64,000 nt of DNA, taken from the NCBI GenBank assembly GCA_964106645.2, contig OZ067041.1; one strand, given 5' to 3'. The notes beneath the pieces are model-generated. The model did no database searches, was not told where the DNA came from, and saw only the letters and a list, made by a program, of their open reading frames with translations. Numbering within the stretch: position 1 is the first letter of the stretch; the number at the start of each line of letters is the position of its first letter. Position numbers and translations under genes: made by a program. This document shows positions 13,639 to 25,587 of the stretch, one piece after another. This DNA is from Podarcis pityusensis. Its lineage: Eukaryota.

Positions 13639-16600
13639 AACCACATCCTTGGGAGTTGCTAGGATCTAAGTACCTGGCAGGGCTGATGCCTGCTCCTTGC
13701 ACACACACCCCCGGCCTTGCATTCAAAGCAGTGCCAGGGAGCTGGATCTAGCTATTCTTTTATGATAATAATTCCTACCTAGCATTGTTACAGGCAATTG
13801 TGGAAAATTAAGACAGAGGCTAGACACAGTGCTTCTCCTTGGAGCCTTGCCCACCACAGCCAGATAAATCCACATGGGCCCACTGACAGAAGAGGGGGCC
13901 TAACAAAGGACACATTCCACTTGCATCTAAGAAAAAATCTGAAGATGTACAATTTTGCAGGTGTTTTCAGGACCACAGATTCAGTTACTTTTGTACACAC
14001 AATTTCCAGTCTACAAATGGCTTAGTTCAGGATTCTCTCCTTGAAGCCCATTGGGCTATTCTCCAGGATAATTGTCCTGAGGATACAGTTGATCCCTGTT
14101 TGTTTCACTACGTTTAAAAATGGCACATAATCTTTCATATTTGTGGGAATGTTAAGGAAGGTAGGAGAGGATATATTGTTTGAATATTATCCCTCCTCAC
14201 TCACGCTAGCAAGTAAACAGCCTGCAACTTATTGGAAGCAGGTTGATGATTCGTTATAATCCTTTAATTAAGCAATCCAGCCTGGCTTGTCCAGTTTGGA
14301 TTGTTCCTGGTAAGTTTCCCCTTTATTTCCCTCTTAAAATAAGAATAACACAACACAGTATTCTTTAAAAGTAAGAATAAACTTTTTACTCACATTCAGT
14401 TCACAGCAGTAATCTGAAGGCAGGTTTTATCTTGTGGCTACAATGAAAAGAAGTCTGAGCTACATCTCAGACTTTCTGCTTTTGGGCTCCATCCTATTTG
14501 ACGGTTGAGCGGTGTGCTGGATAAGAGCCAGGACAGCGAGGGTCCAAGAGAGCAAGAGGGAGATGGTTGCGTGGCTTGCCCTTTTATCTGGTCAGCTAGG
14601 GTCACACACAGGGGGAAGAAGCTCCAGAGAAGGTATGACAGGAAGTCCTCCCTGTCTGGAGTCACATTCCGCTGTGTGTCCATTCTAGGCAACAAGAAAA
14701 CATTGTACTTGACTGCTCTAGTAATAATGCATCCCACAATATTTTTTCTCCCCCCCCCATCTGTTATATTTTTTACCCTGTCCTCCTTCCAATAGGAGCC
14801 CATGGAGACACACACATAGTAAAGGAAGTGTTTTTGCTTTCTGCTCAGCACCCTCCCCCCACCTCCATATATTTTCTATATAAAAATACTCAAAACAGTT
14901 TAGGTTCACAACACAGCAGGCAAGGAATAACAGACTGCCAACCCTTGTCACCCAACTGTCAGCAAAATGATGCCAACATGGGAGACATATGCAACTTTAC
15001 AGGGAGGGAGTGTTCCATAATCTGGGAGCCACCACAGAGAAGGCCCCTGTCCTTCAAGGATACTGGAAAGTTGTTCAAGACAGTCTAAATAGTTCAGTAA
15101 TAAGTGCTTTTGTTAAACTTGTATGATTTATTACAAGTACTTGCCAAAGCACCTTCACTAACACCTGCCAACTTGTGCCTTAAGATCTCTGGGGGAGGCT
15201 CTGTTTGTCCTCCTGCCAGTGAGCATGGCATGTTTGGCACTTAGGCAGGATTCATTCTGTTGTGGAAATAGTTGTGCTCCACCTTCTAACACACCAATTG
15301 TGACTTGCAGTCTAGGTGTCTCAAACTGAATTCAGAGAGGGACATACTAGCAGGATTGGATGATCACTGATTTCTTGATATTTCTGCTGCAATACTCAAG
15401 CCATAGATTTTAGAGTAAGTTCATTTATACATGCATGATAACCATATTGGGTCATTCGGAAGAAATCCAGGTGTTAACATTCTGTGGATCTTAAGTTATA
15501 TAGTGCCTTGGACACTCTATAATGGAAAGGCAGGATAGAAATGTTTTTTAAAATTCTAGAGGAAATGGTTTGAAGGCAGAACTGTTGGTAGTGACTTGTG
15601 TACTACTAATACCTCAATGCTTTCACATGTCTCCAGTGCATAGTCTGAGGACTGCCAATGCTCAGGAATTGTAGTAGCCAAACTCTCTTATCCAAAAGCC
15701 TCACTTTTCATTCCAGGCGCACTCTATGTATGCTAACTGTAGTCTCTAGCCAGCTTGCAGGTGCAAAGAAAAATGACTCTCGCCAGATTCTGGCTCCAGA
15801 TGTCAATGCAACTAGGTTTCTGCCCTGGAGAGTCCTATCTGAATTTAAGCACTGAAGCTGTTTTTGTCCCACCCTGGGTAGGAACCAACCTATTCCAGTA
15901 TCTCCTTGTGGAATAAGAGTTGGCATGCCTGGGACCTTCTCCTTTAGCAGCCGATACCAAGGCACAATTAGCAATGTCAATGCAATTTATATATGCAGGC
16001 ACTGAAAGGGAAATTCCTGGTTCAAATGAAACCCTTTTCATAATTCGGGACTAAAACCAAGTATAAACTGCACAATTTTAGGCAGATCTCACATTTGATC
16101 TTTCCAAATGGGTTTATTAAGGGGAGAATTAAATTGTGGGAGGCAAGTGGGAAGTAAATTTTCACATTCTTTCAGGATTAAAGAGTATTTCACCTCGCAC
16201 AAGACCAGCTCCAGTATGCAGTCACACCCCTTGCTAAATGAGTATGGCTTTGTTTGAAACCAGAACATAAAAAATACCAAGGAAAGCTCATCCAAGATGG
16301 GTGAGGTCTAGGGCTGTGATCCTAAGCTTACAAGTGAAATCCATGAATTTACTGTGTTCTAATCACTCTGAAATAATCAAACTGGTATTTAAAAAGTGAT
16401 AGAGGAGTTCAAGATAGGCATACCTTTTGCACATAGCGGGAGAAAACTGCTTTTTACTGAAGACTGAGTCAAAACTGCCTGGCTTTCCTAGGAGAAGAAA
16501 GATAAGGTTTGGCGTGCATGTATGTGTGAGTGAGAGAAATAGAAGAACAGGGCTACACACAGTGTGTTTTGTGTGTTCTGATTTGCATGGTAATTTAAAA

Positions 16601-17159
16601 CAGAGTTAGATTAGTTTGTAATGTGAGGAAATTTCCATTGTATTTATTGAACAAATCTGTTAACTTTCCATTGTTTTTAAATATTGTACGATCAAGTTCC
16701 GAAATAAACTGAATCTATTCTGAGAAAACTAGGCTGCTATTCTCACAATGTCTAAGTGTTAAAACGTGAAGCAAAACTACTTTTGCAGCAAAAGGAATCT
16801 ATCTCATGATGCTTTGTTTGCAGGTTTTCTCCCTGCTTTTACATAAACAGTAATGTCAATGACTGAGGTACACCAATTTTGTTAGGGGCAACAACATCCT
16901 GTTTGTGTGATCCTGCTCCTGATTCTCTTGATTGAGAGTCAGGTTTAATAAGAAAATGAGTGCTGAATCAGGGGCGTGGCCCATGTGGTATTTTCTCAGA
17001 CTGGTCCACCAGATATCTATGGGAAGCATGAAAGCAGGCCATACGTTTAATAGCAGAAACTGATATACTGAGGCATACTGACCTCAAAAATGGTGCTTAC
17101 ACAATGCTTATTTCAATGTGGCCAACATTTGCATAACAGTAAACAGAACAAAACCCTCA

Positions 17160-17288
17160 GTTGTATAGCATGAGAATCTTAATCTCAGGGTTGTGGGTTC
17201 AAGTCCCAGGTTGGGCAAAGGATTCCTGTCTTGCAGGGGGTTGGACTAGATGATCCTCGTGGTCCCTTCCAACTCTACAGTTCTGTGA
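17160..17288 (+). mobile_element. tRNA(Lys)-like SINE with CR1-derived tail
   Basis: tRNA-like head (CTTAATCTCAGGGTTGTGGGTTCAAGTCCC, B-box) followed by GGTTGGACTAGATGATCCTCGTGGTCCCTTCCAACTCT. Confidence 0.75.
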
Positions 17289-17299
17289 AATTTAGCAAT

Positions 17300-17389
17300 G
17301 TGCAATTCTAACCTTGTCTACTCTGCAGTAAATTCTATTGAATTTAATGGGGCTTACTTACAGGTAAATGTAGTTAGGGACTGTAGCCT
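17300..17389. repeat. ~88 bp palindromic squamate repeat
   Basis: Similarity to 34083-34170. Confidence 0.7.
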
Positions 17390-19765
17390 GGACCATTGCT
17401 TTACTTGCATCACATTGACATGGTTCCTAGACTTTGCTTTGGCTCAGCGGGAGTGAAACCTGTTATCCACAGTGGCTCTTTGATCACACATGCGCAAGAA
17501 ACACTCTGCTTTGCCACAGCCTTCCTGTCCCCCTAGCAGAGTGAGGTAGCTTCACTCCTCTTCATAAACTTTTCAGATTAGGTGGGAATCATTCTGCTAC
17601 AGAAATTTGACGCTTCCTTATGTAGGTAATGGAAGGAGCACTTCTTTGTATATCAACTATATCAATATAGCCAATTAGTAGCCTATACAGCTTTCCCACC
17701 TTGGAAAGTGCATCAGGGCCTTATTGCTAATGACCCAAAATGGCTAGAGACATGATGGCAAAGTGGGCTTTTAATGCTTTGGTGTAATATGTGAAGAATG
17801 CACCCAATTTCTCCTTGCATGGAATGCACGAACCACCCCCCCCCATATGTTTCCTGTGCATCTCACTCGTGCAATTTCCTGTTTCACACATTAATCTGGA
17901 AGTACAAAAGTGTGTCTGAATTCCCACACTTCATAAAGTGAAGCTGAAGCAGTTTTCAATATGTTTTTTCCATCTCACTTGTGCCATTTGAGTGCATCTG
18001 GGAAAGACCTATAAGGGCACATGCACACAACATGAAATATAATTCTGAGTATTCTCTTGCACTACTGATACACTATGGCTGCAAAAACACTTAAAGTGTG
18101 ACAAAGAGAGAAAAAGAGCCATGTTTAAAATGAACAGGCATTGTAGCTTGTTTAGGTCTTATATTTGAATTAAAGATGTGGGAAAAACAAAAAAGAAAAG
18201 AAAACTTGTAACATATTGTGTGAAAATGTCCTAGTGTTTTCAAATTGATTGCGAGTATACAGGAAAGTAGATTTACACTTGGCAGTTAAATCTTTCAATG
18301 CTTTTTAAGGAACCTGTGATCCCAGTACGATTCACATCAATTGATTTCAATGGGATCTGTTTAATAAACTGGTTTAGTACCGAGATGATTAGTCTCGCTA
18401 AAGTGAGGGGTCAGCCTGTCTGAAATGCCCCCCCCCCCTTAACAGCTTGGAAATATGTCATTTTGATTTCAACGGAAAGCCATTAGTGATACAGCTCTAA
18501 CCCTGCTTGGAAGCGGATGAGCTCCATTCAGCACTGTGGGACTTGCTTCGGAATTAACATGCATGCAGCGGGGAGGCAAGTCATATAAAACCTGGGAATA
18601 AGGATTATTCTATTTTGTTTTGGATTGTGGCGCCGATCGTCTTCAATCCGAGCACTTCTGGTTTGTGAATAGAATTTCTGTTTTGGGCAATGCCGGCTTG
18701 TTTCAGGGCAACTGGCAACTGTACATCGAATTTCATTCCTCGTCACTCTCATGCGGCATATCTGTCACTCTCCAGTTTCTGTGCACGAGGCACTCTGGGT
18801 GGAAGATACCCCCAGCAGTCATTCATTAAGCGCCAGAGCAATAAATCGAGCTCTAACGTGACGTCTGCCATTTTCTGCAGGAATGTTGCTTGCGAAACTA
18901 CTTTTGCCTTGGAGCAAAGGCGGAAAGATAAACACGGCTGCCTTGCCAAAACACTGGCAAATCTTTTCCTGCTTCCACAAATTTCTAAAAGTCACCCAGC
19001 ATCTTTCTCTCCCCCCACCCCCCACCCACGGATTAGACTGCTGCCTCTGAGCGGGGCGCGCGAGTGGTGGTGCTGTTGTTGGCTTTTTATTTTGGTCGGG
19101 GGGGGGGGAGAGAGCTAATGCAAATGAGAGGAAAATAATTTTCTTTCAGCGATATGCAATGTATTAGTCACTTGTTATCGTGCTTGGAGGCAGACCTCAT
19201 TTGCGCGTCTGCCAACTCGCTCACATCTGCTCAGAGCTGTTCCAGGCATTTTAACCTTGGCGGTGTCGTGTCCTAGTCCCACGGATCAAGAGCCAGTAAT
19301 TAAGGCTCGAAGCAGCAGCAAAAATTCATAGCCGCCCATCTGCAGCGCAGTTGCTTCCGCGCTCAGCCCCCCTCACCTCCCTCCCGTTTCGGAGCCGACG
19401 ACTTCAAGATGGCAAGGCAGGCTGCGCCGGGGTCCTTAAGTCTTCCGAGGAAGGCCGAGGGGGCGCGCAGCTTCGCAGCCAGAGGAGCAATCCCAGCTGC
19501 GCCGTGAAACTTTGTCCGCGAGGCCCTGCTCTGTGCTCCCTCGGCCGGTTCTTGCCCTGCGCATTGCTGGGATATTAAAACCGGAGGATTCCTCTAGATC
19601 GCTGCTTGCTGCTTGAGGACACGTACGATGCTTTTAGTAAAGGCGGAATAGATTCTGCTGAAGATGCCTCTGGGAGACTGGAGGGTTTTTCCTTAGGGTG
19701 CTAGGCGATGTACAGTTAGAATTGAGGAACACTTCCTATCCCCACCAGCGGCCCTGTTTGGACTT

Positions 19766-19942
19766 GGGGAGTCCCTGGCTGAGTGGTAGAGCGTCTGCCT
19801 TGCACGCAGAAAATCCCTGCTTCAATCCCTGGCGTCTCCAGGTAGGCCTTCCTGAAACCCTGGAGAGCTGCTGCCGGTCAGTGTAGACAATATGCGCAAG
19901 ATAGGCCCATGGTCTGGTTCATGATAAGCCTTTGTTCCTATG
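19766..19942 (+). mobile_element. tRNA-derived SINE (Squam3-like)
   Basis: Head GGCTGAGTGGTAGAGCGTCTGCCTTGCACGCAG...TTCAATCCCTGGCGTCTCCA (A/B boxes), body CCTGAAACCCTGGAGAGCTGCTGCC, tail TTCCTATG. Confidence 0.8.
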
Positions 19943-20290
19943 AGTGATGCCCTAGCCCTAGTCGTCTTCGCAAAAATTGTCTTTCGGCTCCATCCTATGT
20001 ATGTTTACCTGGAAGCAGGTGTCGCTGTGTATTCTGTGTCTTCCTCTCGGTGAGCCTTGGACCGCCTGCAATCCTGTGCTCATTTGCTTTACGATGGAAC
20101 CCACCCCGGGGGTGCAGGAATGCACTTTAGGGGGGCTAAAAAAAGTTAAAGGAGCGGAAAGCACTTGGGACGGGACAGTTAGCTAGAAATGCTAATGTAG
20201 GGAAATCTGGATTGGAGAACATGATTCGTGGAAGAAACCCTCCTGCAACTGATAGGCAGGTTTAGGGACTGGGCCCAGATTTCACATTTA

Positions 20291-20380
20291 AGGCGGCAAT
20301 CCTATGCGCGCTCACCTGTGAGTAAGCCCCATTCAGCTCAACGAGGTTTACTTCTGAGTAGATATAAAAAGGGTCGCAGG
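20291..20380. repeat. ~88 bp palindromic squamate repeat
   Basis: GCAATCCTATG...GAGTAAGCCCCATT...TTTACTTCTGAGTAG; reverse orientation of 34083-34170. Confidence 0.7.
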
Positions 20381-23300
20381 GCAATTGTGAAGTCATCCTG
20401 GATCAAGCGGCTTGCAGATGGTTGCCACACAGCTCCTTTTCTGACATTTATGTCTGCTGCGCTCATCTTTATTTTAAAAGGCACGTTTAATGTACATTTT
20501 CCAGAAAGCGCTGGCACCAAAACTCCTTACTGGTAGGAGTTGTACAGACGAAGTGTGGCGGTGCTGGTGGTTTGGATTTTCGCTTCTTCTTCGCAGGAAG
20601 AGATGGCTAAGGACGCAAGCCAACGGGAAGGTCTCCTGCGCAAGCCCGGCTGACAGAGCTGCGCAGGGAGCGGCTGCTGTTCTTTAGCAATTAATTTCAA
20701 CCGGGGCTTGTGAGCGCTGGATTGCGCCTTAAGCTGCTTTGCTATGGCGTCATTTCATTGAAAGGAGAGCGAGGTTGCTCCTGAGTTAAGTTTGCGGGGG
20801 ACGAGTTCGCCACCTCGGCGTGGGGACTTCGACTGAGCGAGCGCTTAGGCGACGAGGATTGCAACCCCCCGCCCTGTTAAAAGCTCTCCATTCGCGAGCG
20901 CTTAACTCGCGGACCAATCTGCTGGCGGGCGAAGAGGAGGAGGCGGCGGCGGCGGCGGTGGTGGTGGAGGCGTAGGGGCCGACGACGCAGGCAAAAGCAG
21001 GCAGACGGTCCTGCGGGGGGAGCGGGAGGATTTAAGGCTACTTAAGCTCGCCCGAGCGCTCGACAGCGAACCAACCAAGCTGCATCTCTAGCTGCCGGCG
21101 CGCCGGCCATTTGCTGAATAATGAGAAGCTGCTGCTTCCCCTCCCGAGGGACTCGCCTTCACACAGGCTCCTCTCGGAGGTGGCTGCTCGCCCCCCCCCC
21201 GTGTGTGTGTGTCTGCCGGGAGGGAGAGCGGGGAGTGGGAGGCGCTGCGCTCCCAATCAATCAGACCCTCGATGCTGTTGCTCCGTAAATGAGGAAACCA
21301 CAGGCACTGTCAGCCACAATTAAGCAAAATCAACTCGCCCGTGATCAATATCTGCTCGTTTCCCCGGTGAATACGGGGGCCGACGCCGACCTCCTTTGGG
21401 CTCTCGCAGCGCGGCCGCCGGGCCGAAAAAGCCACAAAGGGCAGCGCCGACCCAAGCGGGGCAGGCAATGGGAAAGAGAAAGGGCGGGGGGCGCATTCAT
21501 CACGAAGGGGGTGGGGAGAAACTCGGCTGTGGGTGTGCGCCTCCCCGGTGCACGCGCGCTGCTGTAGACCGTGGGGCTTAAAAAGCAAGAGGGTGTGGAC
21601 CAAGCGGGTTTACCATTTCATCCTGGTCTTCACAGCAACCGACCTTGGGTCTGGGCTGGTTTTTTATGTGTACTAGTCACGCACATAGCTCGATACTTGT
21701 GCTGGTTTTCCTTCTTAAACTTTCCTATTAACAAACAGGGTTTTGGTTTTTTTAAAAAATAATTTCTTTCAGCCTATTCCCCCTCTAACCTGGATTCTTA
21801 GCACACCCTTGTGAGACCAAAACTGGTCTGGGAGGAACCTCTTCCTTCTGTCTTTGCAAGCCAGCCAGCTTGCCTGCTGTCCGGGCTGGGGGGCGTGCGA
21901 GGGGTTAATGGGCCGCAGGCGCCGACGGGGCCTTGCCTGCGTTTTCCCCCGCTCTCGCTTGGCTGATACCCAGGGAGGCGGCGTCCGCTTAGGTACCTGA
22001 AAGACCCATTGAGTGCCAAGCGGGTAGGCTCCAAGGAGGCCCTTCTCCTTTCCTCTGGCCCGTTGCTGCTGCCGCCGCCGCCCCTCCTCCGCCTCTGTCA
22101 CCGCCTGCTTCTTGTCTCTCCAAGCAGCAGCAGCAGCAGCGGAAACCGAGCCCGTGTCTGTGCGCGCGCCTAAAATGGCGCGGCCGGTCGGGGATCTCAA
22201 AGACGAAACGGGCTGGGATGACTCATTCGGTCTGGCTGAAAGAGCGAAGGAGAGTTGCAGGAGGCGGCAGCGCGAGGAGGTGCCTGCGCTCCGTACAGGC
22301 CAGGCGAGCGCCCTTCGCCGCGGTGCTGCCAAGCCTATAATCCTCTCCGAAGGGTGGAGGAGGGGACCCCGCGGGACGGGGTGAGACCCCCACATCGGCG
22401 CCCGAGGCGAAGGTGCTTTTCGCCGTGTACGTAGTGCGGAAACTGGGCCTTAATGGCACAAGTCAATTCGGGGACTTTCTCGGATCAAACGGCGGGTGGG
22501 GGGCGGGGGAGAGAGATGCGAGGTCGCGAGAGAAATACTTCTCTCCCCTTCATTCTGTTTCGCTGCCTTCGTTTCTGCTTCCTGCAACGTCCCGTGTGCC
22601 TGGGCTATTTCACGAGGGACCAGATTATTAAGGCGCACGACGACCCCCCCAATACCCCCCCCCGCGTGGCCGCTCCACCTCCCCCACCTCCGAGTTCATC
22701 TGGGTGGAACAAACGGGCCCCACAGCTTCCCCCGGGTCTCGTACTAGGAGAAGCGGGGGCGCTATTTCTCCACCGCGCAGAAAACGTTGGCAAGAGACGA
22801 CGTGTGTGAGAGAGAGTGAGAGAGAGAGACAGAGACGGCGGGCAGGGTTATTTGAAGGCTCGCCAGCCATTTTACCTTTCCCTTATTGACGGCCTTCCGT
22901 CCTCCTCCTCTCCCTGCCCCTCCCCCTCCCCGAACATCACTTATTCACAAGTTTTCCTGGCAAATGGCGGTAAAGAGTCGAAGTCACTGCGCTTTGCTTC
23001 GCGGTTGATGTGCCAAGGAGGCTGCTGCGGTCCTTGCGCACGGCGGAGGAGGAAACGACGGGCTGCTGCCGGAGGTCTTTGGCTGCGCTGCCGGTCTGTG
23101 CACCGACCCCTTTGAATCCCGATCTTCCAGGGAAACGAAGGCAAAGGCTGTCTGAAGCCACTCTCTCCCTTCGAAGCAGGGTCTCCCTGGCAAACGGCAG
23201 GAAAGTCCTTTCCTTTCCTGCGGCTACACAGCAGTTGGCTGGGGTTGTGGAGTCCTCTTTCCCCTCTTCCTCCTGCTCTCAACATCTCACCCCTCACTTT

Positions 23301-25341
23301 TGCAATGCATACGGCTCCTTTCCCCGAGGCTTGGAGCTCCTGTTCCTTACAAAAGCCAAGGGAAAACAGGAGATGGGGAAAGATCGTTCTCTCTCTCCTT
23401 CCCGTCCCGTTTTATCTGAGTCTCGAGTCCGGAATCCCCCATTCCGGATGCCGTTGCCTGTGCCCAATAGATCGCGGCCGCCCCGTAATGCCTACACAGC
23501 GCTTTGTTTACATGAGAAGAAAGTCCGGATCGCGAAGGCGCACGTGACGGCGCAGGAAGCCTCCCGAGGAACGTGGCGCAGACAGAAGAAAGAGGAAGTT
23601 TAAAAGCCCCTGAAATAGCCACCCAACCGGTTCTTCTCTTTTTCCGCGCGGTGCTTGGGCAAACTTGGGCATCGTTCTGCGCGCCTCCCTTACGCACATG
23701 AGAAAATCGGGTTGGAGACGTCGCAGGCACATTGTGCTTAGCTTTGTGGCCAGATAAAATGCCACACGTCCCGGCTAAAGGTCAGCCGCCTTCCTTCCAG
23801 CCGTGGATACTTAGTTTGCTGTTTCCTACTTTGCTTAACAAACGTGCTTCAAGCTCTCTCGTACAACGTAGCTCCCCACCACCTCTGCGCAACGGCGTGC
23901 TCAAATTTATGCCACCGTATTTTGCACGACCCAGTGCACGCTTATTCATAAGTTTTTCTGTGTTCAAGGGGGCTTACTCCGAGGCAAGTGTGCACAAGAC
24001 TGCAGCCTTGTTTAAAATAGCAAACTGCACTAATATCTTAAGGTTACAGTTGTAATACCGTGGGGCGAGGCCCGTTTAACACAGCGGGGCTTGGTTCAGA
24101 CATAAGATAGGAAGGGCTGGGCCAATTCGAAATTGTAAATGGAAGAAAAGGTGGTTTGACTTAAACGGAAGCCGGGACAGTGTAGTGCTTAGTGCAGACC
24201 AAGATGCTCCCTGAGTGACCTTGTCTCGCTCTGCCCTTTCCTTTGATCTTACCTCGCGCGATTGATGTGCGGCTAAAATTGGGGAACGTTTGGCACCTTG
24301 ACCTCCTTGGAAAAGATATATAAATGCAATAAATACATTTCCAGTAATGTAGAGCCAGAAAGCGTGTAGTTGCCCCTGAGTTCAGGCTTGAGTACATGTG
24401 CAGGCTCACGAATAGGCTAAGTGTACGTCGCGCCATGATTAAAATATAGGAGAAAAGGCTGCCTCCCCATCAGATGCTCTGCAGCTTGTTTAGGGGAGAC
24501 CTGAAACGGGCAGGAAGCTAGAGATGGGCGAACTATGTATGGTCTTGTTTTGATTACAGAGGAGGGCCTTCTCTGATTAACGCGAAAGCCCCGCTGGGTT
24601 AGCGCCATTCCCCCCTGACATTCGCCATCCCCGTCCGCTTGCTCTACGGCTCTGACCCGCCTGCCGTGCAGCTGACCGCGGGCCTGTGGTTTATGCAGTG
24701 GAAAGTGGCCGGCTGCCAAAAGGAGCAGGAGGTGGAAAGAGGAAAGGCGCCAACAGGGAACTCGTGTGCGCTCGCGGCATTCGCTCTCCTTCCTGGCTCG
24801 CTGGAGCCCGGCTGGGGCTTACTCTCTGGTTATTTTTCCTCCTTGCACCCTTTTTCGTGCCCTGGTTGGCAAGAAAGGCGCCTTCGCCACCTTGAATGGC
24901 GGGAAAGAGAGGCCGCCAACGCGCTCGGCATGGTTTCTCCGGACCCTCCTTCCCGGGGAGGCGAAGCGCAAAGCGCTGCGGCTGCTTCCCCTGGCCGCGG
25001 GCACCAGGTTTGTTGAGTTTGCGAAGGCAGGAGCGTGCGAGCAAAAGTTTGCTCCTGCGCCCGCCTCCAGTGGCTGCCAAGAGTCTGTTGCCGTTGCGAG
25101 GGCGATGCAAGTGGTTCCCTTTTTGAAAAGAGAGAGAACGAGAACGGGGAGGGCAGAGGAGAATCCAACAGCCAAGCAGGGCGCTGCGTGAATGCATTTG
25201 CCTCCCACCCAATGATGTGGAGTTGCGGCGGCTGCCAGTGGTGCCCGGAGAACTGGGTGTTCAGCCAGACACGCCGAGCGCCGGGGCCGCTTTTTTCTTT
25301 TCCTTTCGAGTCTGCTCTGTAACATGAGCGCAGCAGCTTGA

Positions 25342-25360
25342 GGGGGGGGGGGGGGAGAGA

Positions 25361-25402
<42 letters not shown>
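25342..25402. repeat. G14 + (GA)n polypurine tract
   Basis: Direct reading. Confidence 0.95.
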
Positions 25403-25405
<3 letters not shown>

Positions 25406-25560
25406 CTCCACTCGGCAGCGGACACCGAGCAGGTTTTGCAGCGAAACCCGCCGTGCAGCTCCCCCCTTTTCCTCCCAGGCGAGCTTGACGGATTTGTCAG
25501 CCGGACACCTCCGGGGAGGAAATTCCGCGTGGCCTCTTTGGCGCTCGGAGCCTGCCTGCC

Positions 25561-25587
25561 TGCTGCTGCTGCTGCTGCTGCTGCTGC
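25561..25587. repeat. (TGC)9 trinucleotide repeat
   Basis: Direct reading. Confidence 0.95.

Noticed and set aside
17160-19942. tRNA genes at ~17160 and ~19770
   Set aside because: The tRNA-like heads are degenerate and continue into SINE bodies and tails.
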